From Camelus dromedarius (Eukaryota), in assembly GCF_036321535.1 (NCBI RefSeq), contig NC_087440.1, positions 29,388,001-29,452,000 on the forward strand: a stretch of DNA of 64,000 nt, read 5' to 3'. Shown here piece by piece: positions 59,794 through 64,000 of the stretch. Under the pieces are notes generated by a model. That model was not told where the DNA came from and searched no databases. It saw only the letters and a program-made list of their open reading frames with translations. Position 1 is the first letter of the stretch; every line of letters begins with the position of its first letter. The translations under genes were made by a program, and so were the position numbers.

Positions 59794-60753
59794 TCATTGC
59801 ATTGGATATATTGGAATAGTTTTCCCAAGATTTAAATATAGGTTACTTAGTTTCTTCTTCACTGCTGTCTTCACTTCCTGGTTTCTCAGCGTATAGATAA
59901 GTGGATTCAGAAAGGGGGTGAAGATGGTATAGAAAACAGAGAGAACTTTGTCCACCAGGAAGTTTGTGCAAGGCCACACATAGATAAAGATGCAGGGCCA
60001 AAAGAACATTAACACAACTATGAAATGTGCAGTGCAGGTAGAAAAAGCCTTAGATGATCCTGTGGAGGAGTGGTCCTTGATAGTGATGAGAACAATGATG
60101 TAGGAGGTGAGCAAAAGCAGAAAGCTTACAAGAGCAATCACACCACTGGTTGAAATCATGAAGATACCAAGAAAATATATATCTATGCACGCTAGCTGGA
60201 TGACCAAAGGAAGGTCACAGAAGAAACTGTCTACAACATTGGGACCACAGAAGGGTAAATAAAGAGTAAAAGCTAACTGGCTCATGGTATGCAAGAAGCC
60301 CACTGTCCAAGAAGTTACCACAAGCCCGACACACACTCTGTGGCTCATAATTGATGAATAATGGAGAGGTTTACATATGGCAATGTACCTGTCAAAAGAC
60401 ATGGAGATGAGCAGCACAATCTCAGTCCCAGTGAAGAGGTGCAAAAAGAAGATCTGAGAAATGCAGCCCTCAAAGGAGATGGTCTTGTGCTGAACAAAGA
60501 AGTCCATGATCATCTTTGGAGTGGCAAAGGAGGACAGGCACATGTCAATGAGAGACAGGTTGCTGAGCAGGAAGTACATGGGGGAGTGAAGGTGTGAGGT
60601 GGACAGGACTGTGAGCAAAATCAAGCAGTTGCCCAACATGGTCATTAAATAAAAAATGGAGAACATCACAAAAAAGAAAATCTGGAGCTCAGGAGAATCA
60701 GTAAGTCCGAGTAACACAAATTCAGACACCCTGGAATGGTTGAACGTCTCCAT
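59794..60753 (-). CDS. Olfactory receptor, OR4K subfamily, intact ORF of 319 aa (positional candidate for the OR4K6 locus)
   Basis: ATG at 60753 (METFNHSRVSEFVLLGLTDSPEL). Motifs LHSPMYFLLSNLS, MSFDRYIAICKPLHY, SFFCDLP, KAFSTCTAH and NPLIYTLRNQEVK. Tandem acceptor atacAG/cAG at 60767-60771. Confidence 0.92.
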   Translation of the reverse strand: METFNHSRVSEFVLLGLTDSPELQIFFFVMFSIFYLMTMLGNCLILLTVLSTSHLHSPMYFLLSNLSLIDMCLSSFATPKMIMDFFVQHKTISFEGCISQIFFLHLFTGTEIVLLISMSFDRYIAICKPLHYSSIMSHRVCVGLVVTSWTVGFLHTMSQLAFTLYLPFCGPNVVDSFFCDLPLVIQLACIDIYFLGIFMISTSGVIALVSFLLLLTSYIIVLITIKDHSSTGSSKAFSTCTAHFIVVLMFFWPCIFIYVWPCTNFLVDKVLSVFYTIFTPFLNPLIYTLRNQEVKTAVKKKLSNLYLNLGKTIPIYPMQ

Positions 60754-62647
60754 TGATCTGCAGGCTCTGCTGTATAATGACAAAATCAAACCAAATGACA
60801 GAGCTGGAAAGTACGATACTTCTACAATTACGTATGGAGGAGTTATGGTATCAGTTAATAATTCACTAGAATGTTGATTACCTAAAATCCATCTAATAAC
60901 TATCTCAGTAAAGGTTTTTATTTTTGGAACCACTTAACAGTTGCTATCAGGTATCACCACAAATGGACAACTTGATTTTGATCAGCATGAAGTACATGCT
61001 GGGTTATACTCTGCACATTCCTTTCTGCATGCTGACTTAGGAGTTACATAATCCACAGTTACAGAGGAAGATTACACTGAGTGAACGTGCTCTACTTAAC
61101 AAGTCAGATACTTAAAAATTTGAATGGGGGTTAAACTCTCAGAATTTTCTATTAAACCCCTCCAAAAAAAGCAATTATATTGAGTCTACTATTGTTGAAT
61201 GCTGGATTTAAATAACAGTTTAACATAATGATTTCAGAAGACCCATTTAGTATCCTTTGAGGGTGATAAATGATTTCTTCTTTAAATAACCTCCTGTTTT
61301 CTTAACTACAGAAAAATCCATTCCACTGTCATTTCATTTGCACCTTTTCAAATTGTTTTGTCAATATTGATATGTACTATTATAACTATGAATATGTAAA
61401 TGATAAATTAATTTCTTAATTCCATAAAATTACTGATGACCAAAAGGTTTACCTGTAACAGATTAGTTATTCTCAACTTTGTTATTTTATGATCTCATAG
61501 AAACATTTTTTAAAAAGAGGGAGAAATATCCCTCCTTTGTTTCTCCTCATGTTACTAAAAGAAGGCTATTTTTTTAGACTAGAAAAAAGAGAAAAAGAGT
61601 CTAGGACAAGGCCAGGAAATATACAAGATGAAAGTTGGGCCTCTTGTAGTACCAGCATATATGATGCTCAAAGCAAAACAAAGCAAACAAAAAAGAACCC
61701 ACATTAATTATGGTAAGTCAAAGTAGTACCAGAGGCAACTGAAAGAAAATAAAGAAAGATACATTAAGGACTCAGCCTCATTTTTCAAAATTGAGTTTTT
61801 GATTTACAGTGAATTGTAAATTCTGCAAATATCTCCTGTGACATTTTTCATTTAAGTGACCTCCTGTTTTCCCATGTGGAGAAAAATCTGGCTTTATCCT
61901 TACTTACTTGCAAATATTCAAATTGTTCTGTCAATATTGATAAATATTTTTAAGATTGTCAGAGAACAATATTCCTGAGATTCTAAAACTGAACTGTGGC
62001 AAAGTAGTTATGAAAGTTAAGGTATCCTTGACCTGCTGTGTGACCTTGATGTTACCTTAGTAGCCTCTCTAAGATATGGCCTCTTCACCATGAGAATTAA
62101 ACTAGATGGTCTGTCTAAAGCACTAAGCATATTTCCTGGGCAACATTCAAGAATTCTCTAGGTTTTGAAATTCAAATTTAAGAATACTGTTCAGAAATAA
62201 TCAGCTTATTTCATTAATAGTAACAATAATTTCAGTAAAAATATTCTAACCTAGTTTCAATTTAGTGATTTAGAAAAAGATGTGGACTTCCAAAATCATT
62301 TCATCTTCTTAAAGTTAAATTACTTCTTTTCTTATAAAAATGATATGACTATCTTGATATATTAAGGGCATTAAAAATTCTCATCCTCAGATCTTTCCAT
62401 ATCTCTTCTATTTTCCTGAATTAATTTATGAGGACACAAAAACTATAATTATACCTAATTTACATTATATAAATATATAATGAATGTATTATGTATTCAT
62501 TATAAATGAATGAACAGTTACCAGGTTTTTTCTTCTTTCATCTTCAGCAAAGCATCTCTGTTACCTATTTAATCGAATCATCTATGTCTTCAAATTATAT
62601 ATATATAATTCAAATTATATACATTTTTTCTTTGCTGATCCTCTATT

Positions 62648-62785
62648 TTTTTTTTAATTTATATTTTTGGGAGGGAGGTAATTAGGCTTATTTGTTTATT
62701 TATTTTAGTGGAGGTACTGGGGATTGAACCCAGAACCTCGTGCATGCTAGGCATGCACTCTACCATTGAACTATTCCCTCCCCCC
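62648..62785 (-). mobile_element. Vic-1-type SINE
   Basis: Minus strand gggggagggaatagttcaatggtagagtgcatgcctagcatgcacgaggttctgggttcaatccccagtacctcc. TSD tcctctatt at 62639-62647 and 62788-62796. Confidence 0.9.
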
Positions 62786-63609
62786 AGTCCTCTATTATTT
62801 TTGATTTATACAAATTAAATGAAAATCTTTTTCTACCTGAAGAACATGAACTATAATTGCTTCTCAAGATCCTTAATATTATTTCTAGCTTTTCACCTAC
62901 CGGCTACGCATCAGGAATCAAAAACACCATATCCTTCAAGATTCACACCTCCTGAAAACAGCATTACCATAGTCCTTACTATATACATCAGAAGCCTGGA
63001 GTATGGATGTATATTTCTCTGATCTTGGTATAAAAGCCACTAGGAAGCAGGGACATTTAGGAGATCAGGGATTAGGTACTACGATCTGTTTGCAGTGGGA
63101 GTTATTAAAATGTTGAGCTGACTTTTCCCTAAGTTGCAACAAGAGCTGTGGAGTGCGTCTTTGCTATTTAAAGTGAGGATGCACATTCATGATGAAGTAG
63201 TATTCATGAGAGAAAAAGCACACCTGGGACTGGCCTTGAGAAGACCTTGGAGCAGTTGTTTAAGGAACATTTACGGAGCGAAATGTTGCTCCTTTGACTA
63301 TGGAAATATTCCCACATTTATGCCCCAGGTTCCATGTCCCAAAGTTGGAAAATTACTCTTTTAGGCTAAGGCATTTCATCACCTGCAAACTCTTGCTTTA
63401 TTCAAAGAATCATGTAAAGAAGGAATCCTGCGTTAACGTTTTTGAGAGGATACCAAAAATTAGTATAGGTGAATAGGTATAATGACAGCTACTGCCACAG
63501 GTAGACGAAATCTGGGGAAAGAGAAGTTGGAAAGCTCAGAGTAGCTGAGAAAAGTGAAGATGGGTACCATACAAGTAGCCTAGAGGAATGGTATAAGAAT
63601 TAAATCCCA

Positions 63610-63670
63610 CAAATAAATGCAAAGCATTTAGCATAATGCCTGGCACAGAGAAATTGCTGAATAAAATATA
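63610..63670 (+). mobile_element. MIR 3' end fragment
   Basis: aaatgcaaagcatttagcataatgcctggcacagagaaattgctgaataaa. Confidence 0.65.
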
Positions 63671-64000
63671 ATAGAAGGAACAACAGAGGTGATTATAGTT
63701 ACTAACATTATTTTTAAAATATCCATGACACATAATTCAGGAGGATACTAGATGTGGAATCTCAACCTGAAACTGTAACTGAGGGTCTTGCCATATTTAC
63801 TTGAAGGTCAAGGTCGATCATTCATTCATGGCGTGTTCTCCAAACACAACTTTATTCCCAAACACCTCAGTGATTTGAACTCCACAACTTCTGTACCCAT
63901 GCTATATTCCTCACGAGACTAGCAATGCAGACCAAGAAAATCTTTCCTAGCTGACCATATTCCGTGCAGGCTTTGAAATTAAAAAAAAAAAAAAAAAAGT

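Noticed and set aside
3654-60877. Recurring antisense ORFs inside every OR (e.g. MKKIWAMQP...SAIIFGVAKE...KYMGE) that look like a conserved second gene family
   Set aside because: They are reverse-frame shadows of the conserved OR TM2-TM3 codons. They vary in length and start, and also occur in the pseudogenes. There is no independent evidence for coding.
60754-60933. 60-aa N-terminal extension making a 379-aa OR
   Set aside because: It starts at GTG, has no Met before 60753, and runs through a clear splice acceptor at 60767-60771, so it is intronic.
1-64000. CRISPR arrays, operons or other novel multi-gene systems
   Set aside because: This is eukaryotic DNA. The only regular repeats are microsatellites, and all credible coding sequence is OR-family or retroelement-derived.

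Overview
Mammalian genomic DNA, AT-rich and dense in repeats. Three copies of a tRNA-derived SINE matching the camelid Vic-1 type suggest a camelid (alpaca, llama or camel). The window is part of a class II olfactory receptor (OR) cluster of subfamily OR4K. Its order and orientation match my recollection of human 14q11.2 (OR4K5, OR4K2, OR4K3). There are seven single-coding-exon OR loci. Four have intact ORFs: an OR4K-like gene at 30935-31900, OR4K2 at 42702-43655, OR4K3 at 51689-52636, and an OR4K-like gene at 59794-60753. Three are disrupted: OR4K5 (1-nt deletion plus nonsense), a locus at 13228-14132 (N-terminal frameshift plus nonsense), and a locus at 25119-26057 (one nonsense codon). Two intact ORFs have lost residues shared by all six other copies (OR4K3 C179Y; G252W in the 59794 gene). 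The intergenic DNA is L1, L2, MIR, ERV/MaLR LTRs, hAT MITEs, SINEs and microsatellites, plus four N-runs inside repeats. I found no credible novel multi-gene system. The best leads are OR decay status, candidate OR cis-regulatory and 5' exon structure, and two old local duplications. Orthology and repeat subfamily names come from recalled sequences, not searches. Repeat boundaries without TSDs are approximate.
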